Sequence record: NZ_CP049149.1
Reading direction: 5' to 3' (one strand)
DNA from: a plasmid
DNA length: 64,000 nt
The position numbers and the translations under genes are program-made. This document shows positions 10,052 to 18,751 of this stretch, piece by piece (position 1 is the stretch's first letter; each line of letters starts with the position of its first letter). The notes beneath the pieces are model-generated. The model saw nothing but the letters and a program-made list of their open reading frames with translations, did no database searches and was not told where the DNA came from.

Positions 10052-11155
10052 TTGTCTCTTTTACTGAATCGTGAGCATACCAACGGTCAACTTACCAGTA
10101 CGTCGTATGCCAAAATTGTTGAAACCGTACTCAAAACTGGCGTCCATGCGGGTGATCGCACCGGCACCGGCACGATGAGTGTCTCTTATGTCCCGTCTTA
10201 CTACATGCTGACGGGTGGCTCTGTGCCGCTGATCTCCGGCAAGTCCGTTAATCTCAAACCGCTGCTGGTAGAGCTGGAGTGGTATCTGAAAGGAACCGGC
10301 AACATCCAGTTCCTGAAAGACCACGGTGTAAAAATCTGGGATGCATGGGCTGATGAAAATGGCGATTTAGGCCCGGTGTATGGCAAGCAGTGGCGTCGCT
10401 GGAACGACACCCGCATCGTTGCGCACAGCGACTATCTGCGCCAAATCGACACCTTTCGCGAACGAGGCTACAAGGTTGAGGGCTATCTGGGCGTTGAAGA
10501 AGATCGGGTGGTTTTATCCCGCGAAATTGACCAGCTACAGCGCATTGTCGACAAGCTCCGCACCAACCCTACCGATCGTCGAATCCTGCTGAATGCCTGG
10601 AACGTCGGCGAGCTGGAGGACATGAAGCTTCCACCCTGCCACTTTGTCTTCTCACTATGGAGTCGCGAGCTGGACTTTGAAACCCGTCTGGCAATGGCAA
10701 CCGAGATTGGCGTGCAGCATAACCGTCACGGCCATGAGTCTGTTTACACACAGATGCTCTGCATTCTGGAACAAGATGGCGGCATTACCGAAAGCGTGCT
10801 GGACGCGTTGGGCATCCCGAAACGCATCCTGAACTCTTGTCTGGTGCAGCGCAGCGTGGACACCTTCGTTGGGCTTCCCTTCAACATTGCAGGCTACGGC
10901 ATCCTCACCCATTTCCTCGCGAAGATCACCGGCCATATGGCTGGCGCCTTTGTGCATTTTGGCTTTGACGTTCACCTCTACGACAACCACATGGACGGCG
11001 TTAATGAGCTGATGGGGCGTGAAGTGCCGGCACATTCCGATCCTGTCGTCATTTTCCCGCATGAGTGGGCAGAGCTGGATGATTTTAAGTGGGAAGGGGT
11101 GCAGGTCTGCGGCTATGACCCGCTTCCGTGGATCAAGGTTCCAGTGGCGGTGTGA
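10052..11155 (+). CDS. thyA: thymidylate synthase (ThyA family) with two insertions
   Basis: DRTGTGT, ELEWYLKG, WADENGDLGPVYGKQWR, LPPCH (catalytic Cys), GLPFNIAGY (Asn = uracil specificity), HLYDNH; 367 aa vs 264 aa for E. coli ThyA owing to ~30 and ~45 aa insertions; TTG start with GAGG SD. Confidence 0.8.
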   Translation: MSLLLNREHTNGQLTSTSYAKIVETVLKTGVHAGDRTGTGTMSVSYVPSYYMLTGGSVPLISGKSVNLKPLLVELEWYLKGTGNIQFLKDHGVKIWDAWADENGDLGPVYGKQWRRWNDTRIVAHSDYLRQIDTFRERGYKVEGYLGVEEDRVVLSREIDQLQRIVDKLRTNPTDRRILLNAWNVGELEDMKLPPCHFVFSLWSRELDFETRLAMATEIGVQHNRHGHESVYTQMLCILEQDGGITESVLDALGIPKRILNSCLVQRSVDTFVGLPFNIAGYGILTHFLAKITGHMAGAFVHFGFDVHLYDNHMDGVNELMGREVPAHSDPVVIFPHEWAELDDFKWEGVQVCGYDPLPWIKVPVAV

Positions 11156-11156
11156 T

Positions 11157-11570
11157 ATGGCCAGAGGAATGTATGTGCTGTGTGAAATCGAAGGTGTGCT
11201 GGCGCGGGCCAGCCATCGTGAATCGGTGTCTGATGCAGATGCAGGCGCTCTCATTGCAGGTGACGAACTCATCTTTTCCACCAGCCGCATGTTGCGCGGT
11301 TTTGCTCGCTCCGGCGCTGAAGTGGTGCTTATCAGCAGCCGCCCGGAGACGCTTGAAGAGCCGACCAAACGCTGGTTGATAGATTTTGGGATTGATTACG
11401 ACTGGCTGCACCTGGCTCCGCGGGGTGTCAGCTTCGATACCCACGTCAAACGCACGTTGGCGGCGCACAAAGGCGACTTACTCATCGCCGCGCTGATACA
11501 CGACCCAAGATTGCGTGCCGTTCTGGCAGAGTCCCATCAGCGACCGACGATTTATGAGGTGAGCCAATGA
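11157..11570 (+). CDS. hypothetical protein (138 aa)
   Basis: ATG 2 nt after thyA stop, ends overlapping DHFR start (ATGA); no clear motif. Confidence 0.45.
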   Translation: MARGMYVLCEIEGVLARASHRESVSDADAGALIAGDELIFSTSRMLRGFARSGAEVVLISSRPETLEEPTKRWLIDFGIDYDWLHLAPRGVSFDTHVKRTLAAHKGDLLIAALIHDPRLRAVLAESHQRPTIYEVSQ

Positions 11571-12043
11571 AGATGATTGCAGCTGTCGGCCGCAATTATG
11601 AGATCGGCATTGGCAATGATCTCCCCTGGCGCTGCCCGGCCGATTTGAAGCTGTTCAAACAGCTCACCAGAAACGCCACCGTCGTGATGGGGCGTAAGAC
11701 GATGGAAAGTCTCAAGCGCCCGCTTCCGGAGCGCCACAATCTCGTTTTGACGCGTTCTCGTGGCTATATGCCCAATGGGTTTTACCCCGCGAGCGTGGAG
11801 GATGTGCTGGCGTTGCCAGATCCGGTGTGGGTTATTGGCGGCGGCCAGATTTACTCCGTGATGATGCCGCATGTGGAAGAAATTTGGCTCTCACACATTG
11901 GCGTGGACGTGCCAGAGGCTGACGCGTTCTTCCCGGCGCAGATGATGCGCGCTTTAGGCTTTGTGCCCGTGGATACGGCTTATACCCAACGTGCGAGTGA
12001 GGATGAGCCTGGCTTTTTGCAGATCGTTTACAGAAGGTCGTAA
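11567..12043 (+). CDS. frd: dihydrofolate reductase
   Basis: MIAAVGRNYEIG, LPWRCPADLKLFKQLT, VVMGRKTMESL, VIGGGQIY colinear with FolA. Confidence 0.85.
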   Translation: MKMIAAVGRNYEIGIGNDLPWRCPADLKLFKQLTRNATVVMGRKTMESLKRPLPERHNLVLTRSRGYMPNGFYPASVEDVLALPDPVWVIGGGQIYSVMMPHVEEIWLSHIGVDVPEADAFFPAQMMRALGFVPVDTAYTQRASEDEPGFLQIVYRRS

Positions 12044-12687
12044 TGGATTACCGGATTGGGATCACTGGTGCCCAGGGCAGTGGAAAAACAACCTTGGCCA
12101 ATTTTATCGATCGGCATTACGGCATCCCCTATGTGGATGCCGGTGTCGGCAAGCTGATGAGCGAGCTTGGCGTAAAAGTGGGAGAGCAGCTGCCGCTTTA
12201 CGAACGCCTGCAAGTGCAAATGGAGATTGCCAAACATATCGAGCTGATTACCCGCGGCATGGAAGGCTTCGTGATTGACCGCACACCGCTGGATGTCGTG
12301 GCTTACACGTTAGATCTGGCAGGCCAGACCAATGAAGAGCGCTGCATCGAGCTGGCACTTGAAATCGAGCGGTTTTGCCACCGTGCTGCCGTCAGCAACT
12401 TCAACGCGATTGTCGGGCTTCGACCCGGCGTGGCATTGAGCAATGCCGATCGAAGCCGGGAGCAGCGTGCTTCTCTTGACCGACTCTATGTTGCGCGTAT
12501 CGATGCGCTGATGTGTGGCGAACTCACCAAGATTAACGCCATGCCCAGAATTGGCGACCTGCAAGTCTTCGTCATCTCAGAGAAATGCAAAACGATAGAT
12601 GCTCGGGCCAGGTCTGTTATGCGCGTGCTGGATGGTGCCGTCGAGCGGATCGAGCGCCGTGCTATTGGGCGAGTTACCTATCACTGA
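12043..12687 (+). CDS. P-loop deoxynucleoside monophosphate kinase-like protein
   Basis: N-terminal Walker A ITGAQGSGKTTLANFI; start overlaps frd stop; position with thyA/frd as in T4/T5 dNMP kinase. Confidence 0.55.
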   Translation: MDYRIGITGAQGSGKTTLANFIDRHYGIPYVDAGVGKLMSELGVKVGEQLPLYERLQVQMEIAKHIELITRGMEGFVIDRTPLDVVAYTLDLAGQTNEERCIELALEIERFCHRAAVSNFNAIVGLRPGVALSNADRSREQRASLDRLYVARIDALMCGELTKINAMPRIGDLQVFVISEKCKTIDARARSVMRVLDGAVERIERRAIGRVTYH

Positions 12688-12750
12688 AACTTGCTCGCCT
12701 GTTACGCGATGCGACAATCCACCACGCAGAATCATTTCAGGAAAAACAGC

Positions 12751-13170
12751 ATGATAGATGAACTACCCCTGACTGATGAGTTAGATCGCAAAGTTGTCGA
12801 AGCGCTGATCCGCATTGCGGATGAACAGGATCGCTCACTCATGACAGAGCGCGAAGCGCGGCTGGCAATCCGCGCTATTTTCGAGTCAGCGCAGGGTCTT
12901 GTTGGGGAGGAAGTTGGCGAGGCCATTAACGTGGCCATGTCGCAATTTAACCACGGCACCAAACGCCCGCTCTTTCCTCTGCATCTCCAGTTGGCTGGCG
13001 GATCGGTGCTCTATGTCTCCGTCTGCCTCGAAACGAACCAGATTAACGTCCTCAATACCACGACGGGTGAATGGCGAGCGCCAGTCGTCTGTGAAAGTGG
13101 TGAGGAAGCCTTGAAGAAGGCCGCTCAGTTTGTGCGTGGCGCACTGCTGAAAGGCGCGAAGAAGCTGTAA
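12751..13170 (+). CDS. hypothetical protein (139 aa)
   Basis: ATG 12751 preferred over ORF-track start; no motif. Confidence 0.4.
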   Translation: MIDELPLTDELDRKVVEALIRIADEQDRSLMTEREARLAIRAIFESAQGLVGEEVGEAINVAMSQFNHGTKRPLFPLHLQLAGGSVLYVSVCLETNQINVLNTTTGEWRAPVVCESGEEALKKAAQFVRGALLKGAKKL

Positions 13171-13179
13171 GGAGTAGCA

Positions 13180-13737
13180 ATGACCACGATTGTCGGTGGT
13201 ATCGATATCGAGTCCACAGGGCTGGATTTCACATCCGGCCATAAAATCATTGAAATCGCCATTACGCGTTACGATCTGGACACCCAGACCCACATCGACA
13301 GCCTTGAAATGCGTTTCAATCCACGCCGCAGTATCGACCCAAAAGCCCAGGCGGTGCATGGCATTTCGCTGGAGGCGCTGGCCGCGGAGCCGCTGTTGTC
13401 TGACCATGCCAAAGAGATTGCTGCCTACATGGGCGCGTGCAGTGTATGGGTGGCGCACAACGGCGAAGCTTTCGATATTCCGTTCATCCGCCACGAGTTC
13501 GCCGGGTATGGGGTGACACTGCCAGATGTGCCGCTGGTGGATTCCATGTTATCAGGCCTCTGGGCGACCGAAGACGGCAAACGCCCACGTCTGGAAGAGC
13601 TGGCGTTCTCTCTGGGCTTCGTATATGACCGAGAGAAGGCGCACAGCGCGCTCTACGATACAGAACTCATGATGCAATGCTTCTTCAAAGCGCGTGAAAA
13701 ATACGGCTTCTTTAAACTCCCCTTCGAAAGCGCCTGA
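13180..13737 (+). CDS. DEDDh 3'-5' exonuclease (DnaQ/RNase T-like)
   Basis: Exo I GGIDIESTGLD, Exo II VWVAHNGEAFDIPF, Exo III HSALYDTELM. Confidence 0.7.
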   Translation: MTTIVGGIDIESTGLDFTSGHKIIEIAITRYDLDTQTHIDSLEMRFNPRRSIDPKAQAVHGISLEALAAEPLLSDHAKEIAAYMGACSVWVAHNGEAFDIPFIRHEFAGYGVTLPDVPLVDSMLSGLWATEDGKRPRLEELAFSLGFVYDREKAHSALYDTELMMQCFFKAREKYGFFKLPFESA

Positions 13738-13753
13738 TGGCGCTTTCTTTTTC
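13727..13753 (+). terminator. rho-independent terminator
   Basis: AAAGCGCC TGAT GGCGCTTT hairpin + CTTTTT overlapping stop codon. Confidence 0.55.
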
Positions 13754-13858
13754 CCTCAAGTCATTCTAACTGCCTGCATTTATCTCTTTTCCGCCTAATA
13801 GGTCTTGTCAAAATACGCTCATCAAAACGCAGTACGCGATTAACGAAAGGAGATAAAC

Positions 13859-14662
13859 ATGAGCACTATTAATAACGCAGTTAAGAACGATGACCTGGAC
13901 GAACTGACCGCCATGCTCCAGTCACTGGATGAGCCAGTGGCAAAAGCGGCGAAGTCGAGCGGCAGCGATGACATTGACGATCTGCTGGCTGGTCTGGATG
14001 ACCATATCACTCGTCCGGTTGAAGCTGTTGCGGATGAGGTTATGCATAGCGTGGCAAATGACGACATGAGCAGCGTCTTTGAAGAGCTGGAGGTAGAGCA
14101 CGAGTCCGTAAAGGTTGTTGAGACGGCGCACGATATGGCATCCGAGCCAGCAACTGAAAACGAACCTGTGATTGAAGCGCACAACAATGAGTTTAAAGGG
14201 ACCGATCCAACTCCTGCGCCTGAAGTGCAAACGGCCAAAACAGAGCGGGCGCCAGCCAAGCCTCGCTTCACTCTGGAAGGCAAGGGTGAAGAGTTCTTTA
14301 GCAGTGCGGGTCTGGATCGCGAGGCTTTTACCAGTGCCTTCGAGAAGGCGCCTGTGAAAGCGAAGGATAAGATCTTAAACCTTCTCAACTGGTTCAGTGG
14401 CGGTCCGGAAATTAGCGTTTATACGGTGATTGCTGTGCGCCACATTCTTGAAACCAAGACGGTGACCAGTAACAGCATCAAGCTGGCACTGATGAGCAAT
14501 CCGGAAAAGCCGTATCCGCTGAACACTGCCTCAACACAGGCTGGTCAGATGATGGCGCTGTTTCCTGCTGTCGGCATCGCGACGCGTGATGGTGGAACGC
14601 TGACGCTGAACGAAGCGTCCCCGATCATCAAGAAATTTGTAACGGAGTACACTATTGGATGA
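13859..14662 (+). CDS. acidic hypothetical protein (267 aa)
   Basis: D/E-rich N-terminal half, SD GGAGATAAAC before ATG. Confidence 0.5.
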   Translation: MSTINNAVKNDDLDELTAMLQSLDEPVAKAAKSSGSDDIDDLLAGLDDHITRPVEAVADEVMHSVANDDMSSVFEELEVEHESVKVVETAHDMASEPATENEPVIEAHNNEFKGTDPTPAPEVQTAKTERAPAKPRFTLEGKGEEFFSSAGLDREAFTSAFEKAPVKAKDKILNLLNWFSGGPEISVYTVIAVRHILETKTVTSNSIKLALMSNPEKPYPLNTASTQAGQMMALFPAVGIATRDGGTLTLNEASPIIKKFVTEYTIG

Positions 14663-14716
14663 CCTCTTCCAGCCTAAAGAAGAGTCCTTTCTAAGATTAA
14701 ACTGTATACCGCTGTT

Positions 14717-14749
14717 GATTTGGGCGATTTTAGCCATATCGCCCAAATC
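14717..14749. terminator. bidirectional stem-loop between convergent genes
   Basis: GATTTGGGCGAT ... ATCGCCCAAATC 12-bp inverted repeat. Confidence 0.5.
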
Positions 14750-14782
14750 GTTGTGCAGGCCTGTCTTGGAGTTCACGCGGAT

Positions 14783-15061
14783 TTAGATATTCCGATCCTG
14801 TTTCGCGCTATTCCCCTTCACAAGGTCGGCCGCCCAGGCGACGAGGTAAGCCAGAGCAAAAAAACCGACGAAACCGGCTAGTTTCATCAACCATCCATCG
14901 AGGATAAAAAGGCAACCAAAAGCCGCAAAAGCGCATAGACAGGTTGAAACCGCTTCGACCATATTTGCCGAATAAACCCTCAGGGATTTGAAAATACTAT
15001 TTCGCGAGGAGTTTGCAGATTTCATTTTCAATCCCTTTGCACTGAACCGGATGGCTTTCAA
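14783..15061 (-). CDS. small membrane protein (2 predicted TM helices)
   Basis: hydrophobic stretches CLCAFAAFGCLFILDGWLMKLAGFVGFFALAYLVAWAA; low GC; antisense to flanking operons. Confidence 0.4.
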   Translation of the reverse strand: MKAIRFSAKGLKMKSANSSRNSIFKSLRVYSANMVEAVSTCLCAFAAFGCLFILDGWLMKLAGFVGFFALAYLVAWAADLVKGNSAKQDRNI

Positions 15062-15674
15062 TATACATTAGATAAGGTTCAAGTTCACTTTCAACGAGAA
15101 AGTAAACCATATCCAGATTCATGTAGACGACCTTATAATAGGTAATCGGGTATTTTTGCTGCATACGTCGAGATGCTCTTGCAGCTTCTTCGATCAGGCC
15201 TTGTATCATAACGATGTTGAGAGTAAAGGCTGACGCTACGCGAGTGACACGCATCATGATGTCGCTCATTTTTACCCGATTTATTATACGTTTAGCAATA
15301 TACTGGGAGATGAACGCGTTTGCGCCCATACGGCTGCCCAACTTTGCATCTGAGTAATGAAGCTTATCGTTAATCGCTTTCTTACCCGCATCATCTAGTT
15401 TCTCATAGAAATCACTGATCACCATCGTAACCAGTTTCCTGACCGGTTCTTCATTCGATGCAAGATCTTTGAACGCTCTCATAAATCGCTCGGTTTCATA
15501 CTCATTACGTACTTTCATCTCGCGACCAAAGGCGCCTGACCCTTCAGCCGTTCTTACAATGGTTAAATAAAGCCCTTGTGGAACAGCCGCCAGCCCGTCA
15601 ACAATTCCTTTAGCTACTAGTTTTGCATCCATAAAATCCATCTCACGAAATATGCCGATTTTGTAGGTTATCAA
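14997..15674 (-). CDS. hypothetical protein (225 aa), minus-strand moron
   Basis: long ORF in ~40% GC segment, opposite to surrounding genes, flanked by stem-loops. Confidence 0.5.
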   Translation of the reverse strand: MITYKIGIFREMDFMDAKLVAKGIVDGLAAVPQGLYLTIVRTAEGSGAFGREMKVRNEYETERFMRAFKDLASNEEPVRKLVTMVISDFYEKLDDAGKKAINDKLHYSDAKLGSRMGANAFISQYIAKRIINRVKMSDIMMRVTRVASAFTLNIVMIQGLIEEAARASRRMQQKYPITYYKVVYMNLDMVYFLVESELEPYLMYIESHPVQCKGIENEICKLLAK

Positions 15675-15903
15675 AACTGTATTGCTGAATAGCTAACCAT
15701 CATTCTATTTCAGAAAATTCCCAGATCGTTGAACTAAGCAGTGTAGATTTTAATGACTCTGAGTGTTTAATACGCTACATAAGACCATCCATAACCAGCA
15801 CCCAAAAAACGCGTCAGAATGCATTTCCTTTGCAAATTCTGGCGCGTTTTCTTTTGTTTGCGATTTGCTGTGCCAAATGAAACAATAGGTAAGCAGTTAC
15901 CTA

Positions 15904-16509
15904 ATGGAAAGAGCAATGATTGCAGCTGAAAAAATCAAAAAGCGAGAGCGAGATGCCTCTCTTCGAGACCTTTGGCGCACTCCCAAATGGTTGTTTATCG
16001 CCATCCAACGATATATAGGCGCCGAGTTCGATGTGGACGTCGCCTGCAACAAGGATAACGCGTTACTGCCCAACTACATCGGCGTTGAACGTGATGCCCT
16101 GAAAAGCAGCTGGGGTGAGCCTGGCACCGTGGCATTTCTAAACCCGCCCTACTCCCGGATATCTCCTTGGATCGACGCGGCCATTCGGGAGCAGGCGCGT
16201 GGCGTAACGACAGTCATGCTGATCCCACAGTCCCTCGATACCCAATGGTATGAACGCGCCACTGAGTGCGCCAACGAGACCGTTATTCTGTCTGGCGGCC
16301 GTGTGGCGTTTGTGGAGCCGGATGTCGAGCTGGGGCTGGTGGAGGTCAACGTGAATCCCGGTGGCAGTATGCTGGTCATCTTCCGTGGGTTTTGTCAGGA
16401 AGCTGGGCATGTCATCAGCAAGATACCGCTGGCGGTGATGAAAAAGCTGGGTGGTTATGATCCTGCCAATGTCATCAGAAAGAAAAGACCAGTTAAGAAG
16501 GCAGCTTGA
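15904..16509 (+). CDS. phage-type DNA N6-adenine methyltransferase (Dam-like)
   Basis: LWRTPKWLF, NPPY motif (FLNPPYSRISPW), VTTVMLIP typical of phage Dam MTase family. Confidence 0.8.
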   Translation: MERAMIAAEKIKKRERDASLRDLWRTPKWLFIAIQRYIGAEFDVDVACNKDNALLPNYIGVERDALKSSWGEPGTVAFLNPPYSRISPWIDAAIREQARGVTTVMLIPQSLDTQWYERATECANETVILSGGRVAFVEPDVELGLVEVNVNPGGSMLVIFRGFCQEAGHVISKIPLAVMKKLGGYDPANVIRKKRPVKKAA

Positions 16510-16523
16510 TACCAGTCTGAGAG

Positions 16524-16592
16524 TGTTTCAGAACCTGCTTCCGTATATATAAATAACTAAGTACTAATTATTAATATATACAGAAACAGGCT
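16524..16592. repeat. large imperfect palindrome element, copy 1 (promoter/operator-like)
   Basis: TTCAGAACCTGCTTCCGTATATATAAATA...ATATATACAGAAACAGG; TTCAGA-N16-TATAAA gives sigma70-like spacing; near-identical copy at 44602-44656. Confidence 0.5.
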
Positions 16593-16708
16593 TTTAAAGT
16601 CTGTGTTTCTGAACCCACTCCCAGACCGATTTACACCTCCAGAACTCTCTGGAACCCCTCTCCAGACGCTCTAGAATCGTTTTTAAAGACACAGTAAGGA
16701 AAACTATC

Positions 16709-16939
16709 ATGGCATACCCGACGAACGTCGTAGCGCTCGTTGAGAGCGATTTTCTGGCCAAAGCCCGTGACATGATGAAAGATCGCGAAAAGGCTTTCAG
16801 TCTGTACGAATGGTCACTCAAATGCCTGCACGCAGGCGAGCATCGCGAGTTGCTGGAGCAGCTCTTAGGCGAACTTATCAATGAGGTGTTTGCACTCAAT
16901 GTCCAGCTTCATGGGCGAGATAATAACCAAACAGTTTAA
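16709..16939 (+). CDS. hypothetical protein (76 aa)
   Basis: ATG with AAGGAAAA SD downstream of palindrome element. Confidence 0.4.
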   Translation: MAYPTNVVALVESDFLAKARDMMKDREKAFSLYEWSLKCLHAGEHRELLEQLLGELINEVFALNVQLHGRDNNQTV

Positions 16940-17470
16940 TAGGTAAGTACAAACTATTTTAAGCCGTGATCGCCAGTGATAAAATCTCCGCGCTGGCAGA
17001 TGTATCTGCCAGCTCGACCTGATGGGTGGGGGATAGCGTCACTGGCGTCAGGTTTAAAAAAGCCCACTACCAGCGTAGAACCGGCACCGTTTAGGGGTTG
17101 GGGAAGGGGGAACCAAAGTGGGCAGAGACAAGGGTCACTTTATGATTGTCGAGTCTGGGATGTTTCGAGAGGTTGAATCCAGTACTCCCCTTCATAGAGT
17201 GTGGGAAGATCTCGGTTCTGGGGTGCTGTCATCCATAACTTCCCAAGCCTAAGCTGGCAGTAGACTTAGGTCATAACTTTTCAGGTTATGTAACGACCAG
17301 GTTGGTGAGGAATTTTTGTACTCACCTCCCTGGGAGAGTATTACCTGAAAAGACAACCTCTCACTTCGTTCGAGGTGAACTTCACTCACTTCGTTCGTTC
17401 AGTTCAGGGGATTTAACCCCTGTTCTGGGAAGTAAGTTTTTTTATTAATTTAAATACTTTACACGCACGC
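16940..17470 (+). other. 530-bp non-coding, hairpin-rich region (possible structured RNA/regulatory DNA)
   Basis: no credible ORF; perfect 20-bp palindrome CTGGCAGATGTATCTGCCAG (16993-17012), G-rich tract, direct repeat TCACTTCGTTCG x2, CAGGGGATTTAACCCCTG hairpin, then AT-rich block. Confidence 0.3.
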
Positions 17471-17524
17471 GTGCGCACACGCGCGAGGAAAAAAATCGTC
17501 GCGGCGCGCGTTTCTGGAGCCACC

Positions 17525-18118
17525 ATGACGACGAAGACACCAGCCCGACAAAAAACTGGCTGCCGGCCAAAGTCCAAACGAAACCATCCCCAGACCCGAT
17601 TCAAAACTCCCGCAGTCGACTTCAATCCCCAGCTTAAAACCGTAAAAGTGTTCAGTGACGGCTCCTGCCTCAAAAATCCGGGCGGGCCTGGTGGCTACGG
17701 CATTGTTCTCCAGTATCGCGATGAAGAGCGCGAGCTTTCTGATGGCTTCCACAGCACCACCAACAACCGCATGGAAATGATGGGCGCGCTGATGGCTCTG
17801 GAGCGGCTCAAGTACCCCTGTAACGTCATTCTGTATTCGGACAGCCAGTATCTCAAAAACGGCATGACGCTCTGGATGAAAGGCTGGAAGCGCAACGGCT
17901 GGGTGACGTCAGAGAAGAAGCCAGTGAAGAATGTTGATTTGTGGAAACGACTCGATGCAGCGGCCAGTCGACATAACGTTCGCTGGCAATGGGTCAAAGG
18001 CCATGCCGGACATCGCGAGAATGAGATCTGCGACCGGCTGGCAAAGATAGCTGCTTTCGCCGCAGCGGATACCCCACACAAACGAGATATCGGTTTTTTG
18101 GCTCAAAATGATAAGTAG
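17525..18118 (+). CDS. rnhA: ribonuclease HI
   Basis: ~55-60% identity to E. coli RnhA by eye ([48 protein letters not shown]); ATG 17525 with GGAG SD gives ~45-aa basic N-terminal extension not present in host enzyme. Confidence 0.85.
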   Translation: MTTKTPARQKTGCRPKSKRNHPQTRFKTPAVDFNPQLKTVKVFSDGSCLKNPGGPGGYGIVLQYRDEERELSDGFHSTTNNRMEMMGALMALERLKYPCNVILYSDSQYLKNGMTLWMKGWKRNGWVTSEKKPVKNVDLWKRLDAAASRHNVRWQWVKGHAGHRENEICDRLAKIAAFAAADTPHKRDIGFLAQNDK

Positions 18119-18261
18119 GTATTTACCTATCATATTAAATCAGGTATCTTATCCATCGTCAGGATGACGAAGCGTCGGTAAGGCGCTGTTCCACGGATGG
18201 AACGCCCAAAGGCGGCTGGCAATGCCAGCCGCAACTCTTTCTGACATTGAATGGATTTCAC

Positions 18262-18738
18262 ATGGCACACCAAACGCCTCTCACTTCTTTCAAAAAGCGC
18301 CCCCGTTCAATACGCCTTGCTTTGGCTGAGTTGTTTAGCGGCCGTGTTTCCGCACGTCTTGCGCAGCTTGAAGAGCGGGTGTTTGACCTGGAGGTGCGGG
18401 CTAATGCCCAGGCCACCACGATTGCCAATCTGGGGACGATTATCGCCGTCGATAAGGCAGGCGATTCCGCCAAATCCCGGAAGCACACAGGGAAAAGCAA
18501 TGGAAAATTTTCAAAGAAAGCGTCTGATGCCAATGGCCTACGCGCTAATTTTGGTTTCTCTGGCCGCGGCAGCAGTTCCAGCCGGTCAGAGCCTGTTGAT
18601 ACCGGATTCAACCACTACCACCACACCATCGTCGACGACACGCCTTCCAGAGAAAGCGTCTGCCACTCTGGATGGGATGTCTCTGGACACGATTCCGGGT
18701 CGTCCTGCGATTTCGGATCTTCCTCCTGCTGCGACTGA
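18262..18738 (+). CDS. hypothetical protein, outer frame of overlapping ORF pair
   Basis: open frame with coiled-coil-like N-terminal half; weak RBS; C-terminal half is low-complexity and fully overlaps 18500-18751. Confidence 0.25.
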   Translation: MAHQTPLTSFKKRPRSIRLALAELFSGRVSARLAQLEERVFDLEVRANAQATTIANLGTIIAVDKAGDSAKSRKHTGKSNGKFSKKASDANGLRANFGFSGRGSSSSRSEPVDTGFNHYHHTIVDDTPSRESVCHSGWDVSGHDSGSSCDFGSSSCCD

Positions 18739-18751
18739 GATGACGGCATGA
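18500..18751 (+). CDS. secreted Thr/Pro-rich small protein (83 aa)
   Basis: AGGGA SD 6 nt before ATG; signal-peptide-like MPMAYALILVSLAAAAVPA; stop overlaps next start (ATGA); codon usage looks coding. Confidence 0.45.
   Translation: MENFQRKRLMPMAYALILVSLAAAAVPAGQSLLIPDSTTTTTPSSTTRLPEKASATLDGMSLDTIPGRPAISDLPPAATEMTA

Noticed and set aside
13859-14662. Acidic 267-aa protein as a specific named factor
   Set aside because: There is only compositional bias and no diagnostic motif. It is left as hypothetical.
16940-17470. Possible tRNA gene(s) in the non-coding segment before rnhA
   Set aside because: No GTTCRANYC-type T-loop with complementary T-stem and no convincing cloverleaf could be assembled by eye. 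GGTTGAATCC at ~17182 lacks a pairing stem.
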